Positions 49,770 to 62,407 of a stretch of 64,000 bases of DNA are shown here, piece after piece (position 1 is the stretch's first letter; each line of letters starts with the position of its first letter). The position numbers were made by a program, and so were the translations under genes. The stretch covers positions 53,568,001 to 53,632,000 of the forward strand of contig NC_083281.1 of assembly GCF_963506605.1 (NCBI RefSeq), read 5' to 3'. Below the pieces are notes generated by a model. That model had not been told where the DNA came from, did not search any database, and was given only the letters and a program-made list of their open reading frames with translations. The stretch is from Zootoca vivipara (taxonomy: Eukaryota).

Positions 49770-52700
49770 GTTTTTGTACACATTCCTTGGCTGGAGAACT
49801 GCATTTCAAAATTCATAGAATTAAAAAAAAAATTGGGAAGGATGGCTGTGTTTGGTTCTTTGGTTGTTTCAGAAAGTGCAAATTAGGTAAGTTCACCTTC
49901 ACATGTGAACTGAATTTCTCCTCCTTCTTTATACCATGCACAACACTGTATGGCCATACAGTATTCAAAATTGTATGCCCATTGGTGCAACCAATTGGGT
50001 TAGTGAGCATTTGGGGGAGTGCCTTTTCTGCAGTGGCCCTACATTGATGGAATTCTCTTTCAACTGACTTTCATACAATTGAAATGAGAATTAAAGACAG
50101 CACAAGTATGTGTTTCCATCCATGTATTGATTTTGGAAAATGTGAATTAGGTTGGTTCACCTTTCAATGTGAATTGAATAAAAATTCTCCCCCATCCCCT
50201 ACAGCTGCCCACATGCAGCCTGGTGACCCAGACAGTATATACAGCAATTGTACATAGAACATGTGAAATAGACTCATGTTGTATGCAAAATAGTCTATTC
50301 TACATATGTGGTATTATGTACACATGTGTGTTTGTGTGCATGCGTGTGTGTGCATGTGTTGAGAAAGAATTGATAAGCAGAGAAAAATGTTTATAAAGCC
50401 CTCCTTTTGCCGGGGGGGGGGGAGGGAGAGGGTCCCAATGCAGGAAGGTGAGATAGCAAACATGAAGGCTAGGGAACATTATTTCCAGTGATTTTAAACT
50501 ACAAGACTGACATGTGAGTAGGCACTGAATTATCTCCCAGTCATGTACAAGCAGTGACATGCTCCCATTTGTTTCATCCATGCTGAGGATACTTATACTA
50601 AGTAAGATCATTGATTTCTCTCGCTCAATATTTTCCCACATTGACTAGCAACTGTCATTGATGGTTTCTCAATCATATAAACTAAACCTGGGATCTTTTG
50701 CATGCAAAATATGTCTTCTTACCACTGAGCTATGCCCATCCCCAATGCACCTGTCAACACTATTCAATGATTTTCTATTGGACTTGATATTTTGTGTCTA
50801 TGCTTTATGTTCCTGGTGATGCTTATCTACATTTTCTGAGGATTTTAGCTTTTTGTTGTCTCATTTTGGCTTTCACCCAATTTAGGAGACTTTATTACAA
50901 AGCCTTAAACTAAGTTAAAGAAGCCCACAATAGACATTAATAGGGAAATTAAGAAGTCTTCAGCCCCAAAATGCACCTGACTGAGGCCAAACAGCAAACA
51001 GTTCTACAATTTTAGATTGGGGGGGGGTGTCTTTAACAGTGGGTTGCTATTTGGCCCTACCAAGCATTTCTAAGACTGTGACCTCTTTAAATCTCAAAAG
51101 TGAATAAGAAGAGCCTACTGGATCAGGCTAATAGTTGATCTAGTCCAGAGAGCTGTTCTCACCAGGACTAACTTAATGCCTCTGGGAAGCCTGAAAGCTA
51201 GACCCAAGGGCAACATTCCTCCTGGAGCCAACCAAAAATGAATTATGTTCCACCATGTTTTGATTCAGAAGTCATGCAAGACACGGGGAACTGCAAAATT
51301 CAGGGGAGGATCCAGTTGAAAGGGATTCCATGACCACTCACAATAGCTTGCTAATTTTGCTGGTTTCATCTAGTTTAATTTAACACAAGCAAATGTGTTC
51401 CACCAACAGTAGTTTGGAAGCTGCTTGTTTTGTGTATCACAGCAAAGGGACGAAGGGGTATGACATTTCAAAAATAATTGCCCATTTGGCTTGTACTGTA
51501 TTGTTTCATAAAATTCTTTTATTGGTTTATTTTATATTTAAAAATTACTTTTCAAGTGTTGGGTATTTCACCCCATAAAAAGAGAGCTTAGGCTGCAATC
51601 TAAACCCCACTTGTTGTCCTTGTTGTTTAGTCGTTTAGTGCAAGTCCAGCTGAATTCAATAAAATCACAGTGTATACATGGGCGACTGTCCATTTCTCTC
51701 TCTGTCAGGTTCTCACTTTAGAATAGTCCTAATACACATTTTTTCCATTATTTTTTGCCTAAAAGATACATTTTTACAAAGCAATGTCTCCTAGTACAAT
51801 TTTTTTGTCTGTTATTTTCACTAATACAGTATATGCATGCTAGTATTTTCTACACATTAGTTGGCTGGAGAACTACATAAAAAAAATCATGGAATGACTG
51901 TGAGTTGCACTTTAGAAACTGATCAGTATGTTTGCCTTTAAATGAGAACTAAATCAAATTCACACCTCTATTTCTGAGTAGGATTGCACTACATTTATAA
52001 ATGCATTAAATGGAGGTCTAGCACAGCAAATGCATTTCAAAAATGAAAACAAATGAAAACATACAAAGCCAACTTGGCCAAAGGTGGAAAAACATTTCTA
52101 TCAACTTGTGTAAATTTCAGTAGCGAGAGCTTTGCAGCGCTGCAACCAAACACTGGAACTCTGCCACAATGATGTGCTTTTAACTACTTGCTGTTCCACC
52201 AAGGATGCTTTCCAAGGATACTGCAATTTATGTACAATGAACTGCTGGGATGCTAGTGACTATATATTAAAATACCTTGTTTCTTACAATCTGAATCTGA
52301 ATACAGGTAGGAGAGTGAATGTCACTGCTGTTTCTATGCAACATTATCAAATAAACCCTAATAGATTGGAGGAAAAGAGCAATTTGGGGACAGACAAGAA
52401 AGACAGAGACATAATGGTGCCACGGCACAAATTGCAGTGTGTGAGCGCACAGGAGGTGAGTGCTCTATTTAAGACCACATAATGTGCCAAGCTGACAGTC
52501 CAAATAGAAGAGATCACCCAGAAATTGGCTGCCAAACACATCCTGAATTTGAAAATATAAACATCAACTAAGCAGCCGTTATCTCAGCTAAAACTGAAAG
52601 CCATTGGGAAGGTGACTTTCTGGCAGTGTGAAGGAAAAGACTGGGCTACATAATGCAGAGAGGATTTCATTGTGGTTTGTAACAGAGCTGGGATGATATT

Positions 52701-52954
52701 TTTGTGAGTTTTGCTTTTCACATCAAGAATTGCATGTTCAATGAGGGAGGGATTCCATTGCAGGGCTATGGAAAATGTTTAATTGTCTTTCATCCAAGTG
52801 CTTCGCTAATCACCATTTAGACAGCAACTGGTCTCACAGACCAGTCTCCAAGCTAGCTCACATCGTGAAGGGAAGTCCTTGAGAGCTGAGAGCTAAGGAA
52901 CAGTATAATCCTTGACCTGATAGCAGAAGGAACCATATAATACCTGATCTTCTT

Positions 52955-53115
52955 GGGCAGGGGTTCAAAGCCCCACTCAACCATGAAATTCACTGCCTCT
53001 CTGCACAACCTACTTCACAGGGTTGTTGTGGAGATGAATTGAGGGGGAAAGCGTGTATGCCAGTTTGAGCTCCTTGGAGAAAAAGGTAGGATATAAATGC
53101 AATAAATAAATAATA
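52955..53115 (+). mobile_element. CORE/MIR-like SINE
   Basis: gggttcaaagccccactc...aacctacttcacagggttgttgtg...ttgagctccttggagaaaaagg, then an (AAAT)n tail. Confidence 0.7.
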
Positions 53116-53149
53116 ACAAATAAGTGAAATATTGAAGGCACAAATGCAG

Positions 53150-54521
53150 ACAATTCCAAGAAGAAATACATGTGGGATGGATCTAAACAAACCAGTGTGG
53201 CTGCATAAAGAGCTTACAGATGAGATGAGATTTGAGATGGGCATATAGAAGAAATGAAGAAAAAGGAAATCATGAAGGAAGAGTATACACTAGTAGCCAC
53301 CAGTTGCAGGAAGAAGGTCAGGTGGACCAAAACTCAGAATGAGCTTAAACTTGCAATAAAGGTTAAAAATAATAATAAAAGTTTTCTTAGGCTATGTTTG
53401 AAGCAAGAGGAAGAAGAAAAAAGTGGTAGGTCCTCAGCATGGAGAAGATGGAGAAATGCTATTGGGTGACAGAGAGAAGGCTTAACTTGCCTCTGTCTTC
53501 ACCCAAAATTAAAACTGTGCCTAATCTGGTGATGGTGGTAAAGCAGGGGTCGGCAAACTAAGGCCCCTGGGCCAGATCAGGCCCACCTGGGTCCTAAATC
53601 CGGTCCACACTGCAAAGCTGGAACCCGCCACGAAGCCAAGACTCCCAGCGATGGCGATGGGAGGAAGAGGTTGAGTGGCAGTGGCTCTGCCACTCAAACG
53701 CCATGCCTGGTTTACCTCAGCGGTGTTTCATTGGCAGATATGTCCCCATGCCACACTGAGGTAAACCAGGCACGGTGTTTGATTGGTAGAGCTGTTGCCG
53801 CTCAGCCTCTTCCTCCCATCGCCGGCAGAGCCGCCGCCACTCGACCTCTTCCTCCTGCCGCCATCGCCACCTTGGTGCACCTGTGGGCCAGAGAGTGGAG
53901 CGAACGAGCTCGCTCTGTCTACCCATGAGAAGTGGCAGCGGTGGTGGTGGTGGTGGCAGCCCCTGAGAAGGTAAGCACAGTGGCTGGGGTTGGGGGTGGG
54001 GAGGAGGACTACTTGCCCCCCTTGCCTCTTCTTCCAGCTCTCCCCCCGATCTCAGTGCCACTTCTCTGGCCCACCACAAGGTCTGAGGGACAGTGGACCA
54101 GCCCGTTGCTTTAAAAAAAAAACACTTGGCTACTTTAAATGTATTCATATCTCCAGGGCTTGGTGAGCTGCACCCAAGGATACTAAAGGAGCTTGCAGGT
54201 GTAATCTCAGAGTCTCTGACTATGATATTTGAGAGTTCTTGGAGAACAGGTGAAGTCCCTGTAGGCTGGAGGTGGGTAAATATTGTGCCCATCTTCAAAT
54301 GGAGAAAAAAAGAAGAGTCGGGTAACTACTGACTGGTCAGCTTGACTTTGATGCTAGGAAAGTTCCTTCAACAGCTGTTGGACTTTCCTTCATTGAAGGT
54401 TTTTACAGAGGGTGTGTGATCATTTGTCATGGATGCTTTTGTTGAGATTCCTACATTGCAGAGGGTTGGACTAGATAACCCTCAACATCCCTTCCAAATT
54501 TAGAATTCTATGATTCTATGA
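53150..54521 (+). mobile_element. Decayed CR1 LINE with the RT region deleted and a nested hAT MITE
   Basis: KPVWL...QNELKLAIKVKNNNKSF and SPGLGELHPRILKELAGVISESLTMIFESSWRTGEVPVGWRWVNIVPIFK, then a jump to the 3'UTR ending attctatgattctatga. Confidence 0.88.
53544..54112 (+). mobile_element. hAT-Charlie-like non-autonomous element (right TIR lost)
   Basis: CAGGGGTCGGCAAACTAAGGCCC start, ggtctgagggacagtggacc subterminal sequence, internal palindrome at 53660-53840. Confidence 0.75.
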
Positions 54522-54590
54522 GTCAGTGCTGCCTCCTCTAAGACCCACCACATTTGCAATCTGAGACAGTCATCTCATTTCCCTAATATT

Positions 54591-54870
54591 TAGGGATGGG
54601 GCAGAAATTTGATTTGGATAACATTTTAAGGTGAACTCACCTAATTCTAATTTTTGGAAAATAACACACACATCCTTCAAATTCTCCAAATTTGGCAATG
54701 CAGTTCTCTAGCCAGGTAATGTGTACAAATAATGCATTTGCTAGGGAAGAATGAGCATAGAAATGAACATATTACTGAAAATAACATACAAAATGCATTG
54801 CGCGGGGGGGGGGGGAGCAATTTGCAAAAAGGTGTATATTAGTCAAGATTGCATTAATAAGTGTATTTTC
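54591..54870. mobile_element. AT-rich hAT-like MITE fragment (TAGGGATG family)
   Basis: tagggatggggcagaaatttgat... family start. Confidence 0.7.
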
Positions 54871-56617
54871 AGTTGCTTTGCCCCTAAGGGAAAGGAAACC
54901 CCATGAACATCCCATTGATGCCTGAGCATGCTGAACTGATATGTAATGCTGATTGACCGTTGGAGGGGGAAATAGGAAACAGTGAAGAAGCGGATGGCAT
55001 ATTCTCAAAAGGGCATGCCTAGAACTCCAAAGAGGAGCACACACTAGCCACAGCTTTTTGTTGCACATCCCACTTAATGCTGAAATCATGCTCCTTGATG
55101 CTTGAACATGACAGATTTCTGAATCTGTACATGTGCATTGGCTCTACCTGAAATTACCTGCATCAGCTGCATTAGCTTAGCTGCTGGATAGGTTTTCTTC
55201 TGGAAAGGTATAAGCCTGAAGGAAAAGAAAGCTGAGAAGGACAATAATCCTCTTCAAGGTAGTGTATAGCTGCAACTGATTACAAAGCAATGAGGCTCAA
55301 CAGAGAACCCCGCAAAGCCTCATTTCTCTACTCTACCATCCCCTTATTTTCTTCAACATTGATTCCAAAAGGCATGTGAAATAGGCATGGATTCTATTTG
55401 AAATGAGGAGGAAATAATAAATCGGGACAGAAAAGGGATTGAGTTTTAAAACTCATCAATCTGAGCCTAAGAGCACAGGGGGGGGGGGAGAAGTAATATG
55501 GAATGATTTCCCGGGATTGCGGTTGAGCCCACAGCCAGGATAAAGAGATGAGATGTGTGTTGTTGGGTTAGCTAGGACCCCAGGTTTCTGAACTTTTAAC
55601 ATAACAAGGAGCTGTACAGCAATTCAAAAACTGTGAGTGGAGGACATCTAAAGTGAGAGGGGCTTTTAGCCCCACCCAAACAGGCAATAGCTAACAGCTT
55701 CCACCCAATCTGGCCACATCTCTTCCAGTACTGAAGGATGCCCTATCCAGTTCAGAATCCTGCAGACAGTGAGATTCTTGATTAAGGAAGCAATAGCCCT
55801 ATGAATGACAGGGTTAGAGAATCCCTGCTCACCGTCTTGGTATCTCCAGGTACTGCAAGAAGGCTGTAGCTCATGGAAGGCCCATAGCTCAGTAGTAGAT
55901 ATGTAAATCTATATGATATATAAATCTATGATTCTGTGACTCTGTAATGTGCAATTCCAAAACACAGGGAGAAAACTGAATAAGAAACATTTTTAAAAGA
56001 TTCCTTAAGCTTCATGAAAACCATGAGAAGAAAACAAAACAAAACAGATAAATAACAGCTGTTGATTTTTAGACACATTTTTGCCTCCTAGTCAATTTCA
56101 GAAAGTGTGATTTCTGTTATTCTTCTGCTTCCTTTAGAAAGGTCAAATGACTAACTCTAAGCTCCTCACAGTGGGCATCATGATTCAATTTTGATGGTCT
56201 CATTTCAACTCCTATTTTTCAAAATCTCTCCACACAGTTTGCCAATATGGCGAGTCCTTCTCAATTAAAACCTATACTGCTCCCGAAAAGAATACTACCA
56301 AACCACTGATTTGCCCTTCAAGCATCATAAAGTATAGAGTGATGTAGCTGACATCACTCCTGCCATGCACAGAAAACAAGGAAGTCTGACATTAAAAAAG
56401 AGATATTTGCAGAAGGCCTTTCAAAATTATCCATACTGAATGCGGTCAGATAAAATATCTGGGCCATTTTGACAAATTCATTAACTCTGTGGATTTAATT
56501 TCAAATTACCACTCTTTACGTGAATATGCACTGGAATTGTGAACAAAATCATTATATTACACTTCTTTTTATGTCTTTGACTCTTCAGATTCAAGAAGAG
56601 ACCTGAATAGTAGAAAG

Positions 56618-56790
56618 GTGATAGTTCAGTGGTAGAGAACCTGGTTGGCATGCAGAATGACCCAGGTCTGATCCCTGACATCCTGAGTTAGGAATGAAAA
56701 AGATCCCTACCTGAATCCCTGGAAAGCTGCTGCCAGTCAGTGTACTGACCTAGATTTACCAATGAACTGATTTAGTATCAGGCACATTTA
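56618..56790 (+). mobile_element. tRNA-derived SINE (same family as 31041)
   Basis: atagttcagtggtagagaacc...gcatgcagaatgacccagg...gctgctgccagtcagtgta. Confidence 0.75.
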
Positions 56791-56944
56791 GTACAGATAC
56801 ATTTAGTATCCCTGGGAACATAACTGAGGCCAAACTGAGCGTATTTTCACAGTGTTTTCTGCTTGCAGTATATTGACCATTTATGGTCAGCCTGTGGTGC
56901 TGTTTCTCTGTATCACTGGTGTTATGTGAAACCTAATGGCTGAT

Positions 56945-57120
56945 TACAGGTAGGTAGCCGTGTTGGTCTGGGTCGAAGTAAAATAAAAAAATTCCTTCAG
57001 TAGCACCTTAAAGACCAACTAAGTTTTTGTTTTGGTATGAGCTTTCGTGTGCATGCACACTTCTTCAGATATCTTTCCAGGGTCTTTAAGGTGCTACTGA
57101 AGGAATTTTTTTTATTTTAC
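56945..57120 (-). mobile_element. Miniature Penelope insertion: pLTR end plus an inverted partial pLTR
   Basis: Homologous to 7777-7850; ~39-bp inverted repeat (56978-57016 / 57081-57120); 12-bp TSD CTAATGGCTGAT (56933-56944, 57120-57131). Confidence 0.9.
57035..57072 (-). ncRNA. Minimal type I hammerhead ribozyme motif, sense to the CDH8 pre-mRNA
   Basis: Minus strand reads atat-CTGAAGA-a-GTGTGCATGCACAC-GAAA-GC-TC-atac, with a predicted CUC cleavage triplet. Confidence 0.7.
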
Positions 57121-60100
57121 TAATGGCTGATGTCATCCTGCATCACTTACTTCCACTCAGCCACAACCACAGTCTCTGAGAGGACTGGAAATTAGAATTG
57201 GCTATTTAAAACCTATTTGTTTCATGCCTGTAGGTGATCCATGTGGTTGGACTCCTGAGTGGTGGGGTGGTCCCATTTGTGCTTATGGATGCACAAGTGT
57301 TAACATGGATGCTCCATTGCAGGTATCATGTGTTCCTTGGAGTTGTTGGAGAAGAGGAGCCAGTGGTCTGTGGCACCGGAGGTGGCTCTAGCAGGTGTTT
57401 AGTGCACGCATGGATGGATTGTGTAGAAAGGACTAATATTTCAAATACATTCAAGAACATGATCTACTCTGCTATGTCAAAAACACGTTGAAGTTATCAA
57501 TTATAATTGTCACTTCTACCATCTATTAGCTCATTCACAATTTGTGAATGAGCTAATAGACTGTACCAACTGTGAAAAATGCCATAAATCACAATGTTAT
57601 TAGTGTCATTCAATAGGAGGTGGCAGCATCTGTCAGGTTTTTGCCAACTTTTTCAAGCTGTGGCAAGTTGGAGTAGGAAACAGCCAATAATTCAAGATGG
57701 TGGCTAACACAGATTCAGACATAATGAGCATAACCTTTTCTGCACACGCACTAGAGTGAAGATTTGTGAGACATAAGTATAGTATATAATCACAATTTTA
57801 ATAACTGTTTGCATAAAATACCTGCAACGAGGAAATTAACTTTGGACTTGGATTTGCATAGAGAATAAAGCATGCCAGATTTCTTTATTGCCCAACTTGT
57901 TGGGAGGCCAACACCCATCATTAGATGAGGTTCTCAGTGCCAACTCACCATGAAATTGAGCTGAGGGGGCATCTCTCTTAACCATCCTGTCCCCATTGTC
58001 CAGCATTCATCAGGGCAGGTTCTTCAGGTCTCAATAACATCAGACCAAGCAAACCTGTCTAGCTGGCAATGTGAGATGATTGGTCAGATGTCCTTTATTC
58101 AGCGGTACATTGAGGTCGTTACGTGGATAGTCACATTGCTATCCACCCTAATTTCCTAGTTGTGACAATATAAAGCAAACCAACAACCAAATGAGGTGCA
58201 TCCCTCTAACACAGAGGAAGTGCACTAGGCCAATCCAATATATCCCTTCAAAAACCCTACCCTGAAACCGATTGGCTAATCTTGCACTGCTTAAATGATG
58301 AGTCACTGCCAAATGATGAAGAGCAAGTTGGAGAGTTCCACATCCCTTTTCACGGAGGAAGCCACTCTCCTCCTATTGTCACAAAAGGCCAGCCATGGTC
58401 TCACCACTGTCTCTCTTGAGATAAAGCCTCATGAGGCTTCCTCTATGCAAAGGGGCGATGGGGCAAAATAACCCCTGCTTTCAAAGGAGGCAACATTGCT
58501 ATGCAATCTGTTTAGAGATTCCGTGTTTTGCAAACATTACTGGAAGCCCGTGTTTGGGAGGGGAACATCATGGAAATACCCATGATGCTATGCACTCAAA
58601 GCTGGCCTATAAATAAGCATTTTTTTTTTTCTAGGAGCAGACACAAACCAACCAATGAGTCTTCTACTAAACAAACTACAATCAGAAAACAGCTGGGGAG
58701 GGGATGAAACATACAATAAGGAGCAAGAAATGAAACATACAAAGAGTTCAAAAAACATGGCATGGAAATAATCTGCTAATGGCATGTTGAAAGTTGTTAC
58801 AAAACCATTTGGGCATATTAAGTTTTGCATAGAAAATATAGCTGTCAGCTATTTTAACATCCAGATGCCCCTTTATTGATTACAACTGGCTCTATAAACA
58901 AACAAGTCATGCCCCTCCAAATTCCTCTAGCAAGGAACAAGCGGGCTATGTAGGACTGAGATAACGTTTACCTTCAGGGGTAACCTGAGAGTTTTACATT
59001 TGCTTAAGGCTTATTTGTTTTAAGCAAAAGGACAAGGCAGAATAGACTGGATTTGACAATAAATGCACTTTGTGAGCCAACTGCAGAGCAAGGCAAAGGA
59101 ATGTGGATGCAATTGGAAGGATGAGAGACGTAGCTCGGAGGGAAGAAGCTCTTCCAGGCGATACCCACATGAGGAAGAAATTAGACGTGAGCAGCTGGAC
59201 AAAATAAAAAAAAATATGTTCCTGAAATGTGGACAGCAAATTATTTGCACACAGCAGAGGTTGCAAAATTGCTTCCTTGTTTTTTATGTTGTGGATGAAA
59301 ATCAGAACAAATGAAGAAGAGACCAGACAGACTGTGTGTCCAGGGGGGGGGGTCCTCTGGAAAGTTTATCTTTCCCTAGTTTACTAATGGACAAAATGCA
59401 TCTCATCACAGCTATGATGGGGGAGAAAGTTGATTTAGTTACATTTTAATACATGCCTACCTAATTCACACTTCCCAAAGCAAAAGCTGAACAAAGTCAC
59501 AGCTATCCTTCAAAATCTGCACTTTTTCATTTTGTGATGCAGTTCTCCAATTTTAAAAAATGCATATATAATGTATACATCCATGAAAAACAGAAATGCA
59601 TGATATTAGGTAAAGTTGAATTCTAAATGCTGACAATTTTTGTGGTGGTTTTTTTTTTAAAAAAAACCATAGACCTGGAAAAATTAGAAACTGATATTAT
59701 TATTATTTTGATTTACAGAATCACCCATTACAGCTATGGCAAATGCATTTATTTTGATAAACAAAGGCTCGCAGGCCATCAATTAATTTGGCAAAGTATC
59801 ACATTGCCTCTTGACTATGTCAGGTTTTTAACTAGAATGTAAGAACATATGAAAACCCTGCTGGATCAGGCTAGTGGCCCATCTAGTCCAGCATCTTCTT
59901 CTCACAGTGGCCAACCACATGCCTATTGGAAGCACCCAGGCTCTGCACTTTGCCCTCAAAGTTGTAGAGGGTTGTAAAATGGTACACCCCTTCCAACAGA
60001 GCACTGCTTTTCTGGCTAAAACAGATTATTGAGTCAAGAATGCTTCCTGCCACATGAGACCCTTGGGAATATCCCATAGTTGTCGTGGTGTCTGCGAAGT

Positions 60101-60260
60101 CCTGAGCCACATTCAATGAGGCAACCTCAGCATAGATGTCAAGAGTCGAAGTCATACTAGTAAGAAGCTCAGTCAACAAATCTGCTAGGCAGAATGAATG
60201 GGGTGAACCAATATCAGTCTCAATTTCCTTTGAATTTTCACTTCCTCTACTAGATATAAA

Positions 60261-60774
60261 TGGTGATATGATTTCATATTTTAACTACAACAAGACCAGC
60301 AAGAGTTAAGTTGCAAGGGAGGTAAATAGCCAATAGGAGCTCTCCAGGCAGAAGCAGGGGTATATAAGGAGAAGCAATCAGTCAGAAGGGGAGTGGAGTT
60401 GATGAGAGAGGAGGAGAGGATTTTGAGATAGAGAGAGGGTTAGAGAAGCTAGTGAGGTGAGTTGTGGTACAGAATCTGAGAGAGTAATAAGAAGGGAACT
60501 TCAGTCAGGGAGGAAAAGGGGGGAACTAGTACTAAAGGTTAAGTTTAAGCAAAAGTACTTGAGAAACCATGAAGAATTTATATGCTTGTAAGATCATCAC
60601 CTAAATAAACTTAATTGTTTTGGTTTACTTTTCACCTGACTGGAATCCAATATTTGTGTCCCAGTAAGCATACTTACTGGTTGGTGGCAGCAAGGGAAGA
60701 ATATAGGCGAGGGAGGTACTGGGTCAATAGACCGTTAAACGTCCGGGGGCCCTTTGCCGGTGTATCTCACCACA
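60261..60774 (+). mobile_element. Solo LTR (Gypsy/ERV-like)
   Basis: TGGTGATA...TCTCACCA(CA) short terminal inverted repeats; CCAAT (60331), TATATAAG (60361) and AATAAA (~60604) in U3-R-U5 order. Confidence 0.7.
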
Positions 60775-62317
60775 TTTCCCTTCACCTTTTATCAGATTAA
60801 CAAATTCAGTAATAATTAAAATCCAGTGATGGAAATGATTTCACCACTACTCAGGGGGAAATGTGGGGGTTTCCATAAGCTGTTTTCCCCAGAAAAATGA
60901 CATAAATAGGGCTAAAACTCTTCCTGCTCCTAATAAAATGGTGTCTTGAGTTGGGCCCAGCTCTCCAAAGACCATTTATTACTTAAATAAATGTGGTCTA
61001 TTTAAACAAGGTCCTTAATCTAAGCCACTGTTTAATATAAAACAAAAACTATTTATTTTGTTTATTGTAGATTGAGCAAAATGAAGCTTCAGTTTTTCAC
61101 TTATTAGGCTCAGAGTCACTTTTCGATGCTATATGACTCACGCCATGAGATTACAGGAAGATGTTTAGTGGGGGCTTTTTTTGCTTGTCTGCTTTGAAAT
61201 TTCACTGTAATCATAACGGCAACTTCAAAACATTTTAGCATACACGTATCAAGATACGTTATGCTTTGATTTAGAGGATCACCAATGTTCATGTAATTAC
61301 TATCAAGAAATAACGCAAATGAGCCTTTTTCATGTGTTTGGTCTGTCTGCAGGAGACAATTCGGGGGCTTTCTCTTTAAGTTTATAACAGCGTAAACAAG
61401 AAAATTGACATTCTACTCATGGATTTAGAGCAAACACCCATTTTATTGAATGCTTTAAAGACTTTAAATGAATGAGATAAGCAGCTCTTGTTGGCATTCA
61501 TCTAGCATTTATTTTACATCTTTTAAATCCAATCTCAGATGGTAGTTCAGCATCATATAGATTAAGTTATCGCCTGTTAATATATCTCACCCATGGAAAA
61601 TAGGCATTGTGCTTTACTGATAAGGGGTAGCACATCTATAACTCAGAGGCTGAATGTACAGTGAGAATAAGTAATCACATCAAGATGAGTTAGGGCTGGG
61701 AGGGAAAATCCACATTTACAAAAACCCTGGAGAGATCTTCTGAAATTATGTAAGATTTAGCAGGACTTTTATGTTTATTTAAGCATTCCTTTTCAGCAGA
61801 AAGGAATAAAAGTTATTGACCCGCAGCAGGGGGATGATCAATCCTCATATGCACACAAGCCCTTTAACTAAACAATTCCTGTCATTTCCCAAAGACAATT
61901 GTATAATTCCTGTGATGTAAAATAAAATTCATCCTGCTATGCTCTATCTATGTGTAATTTTTAAGGACAAGGCATGATATTATATCTTTCTTTCCCCTCC
62001 AGATGTCAAACAAGTTGCTAAAAGCAACAGTCAGGTCACATCATATTCATTCATTTGTATCTAGTCATCAGACCAGCAAAAAAAACAAATATTTTGCATG
62101 AAAATATGAAAGTAACACAGGGGAACAGCAATCGACACCTAACACCTTTATCAAGACTGAGCAAAACATCACAAAGTAATGAGGTAGCTTCTGAGTTCAT
62201 CCCAAAGTCTCATTCAGACTGGATGATAAGTGGAAAGAAAGAAAGAAACAGTAACAATGTGGGGAGAAGGGTGCTGGTGGGCCTAATAGAAAAGCCCCAG
62301 TCTGCAGGTTGTAATGG

Positions 62318-62407
62318 CATAGCTGCCAAGTTTTCCCTTTTCTTGTGAGGAAGCCTATTCAGCATAAGGGAATTTCCCTTAAAAAAGGGGAGAACTTGGC
62401 AGCTATG
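62318..62407. mobile_element. 90-bp hAT micro-MITE (inverted relative to 36465)
   Basis: TIRs CATAGCTGCCAAGTT and AACTTGGCAGCTATG; perfect 8-bp TSD TGTAATGG. Confidence 0.93.

Noticed and set aside
59883-60179. 98-aa ORF with protein-like composition
   Set aside because: No recognisable domain or splice context, a non-ATG start, and it runs into a SINE/CR1-type tail; cannot be supported without a search.
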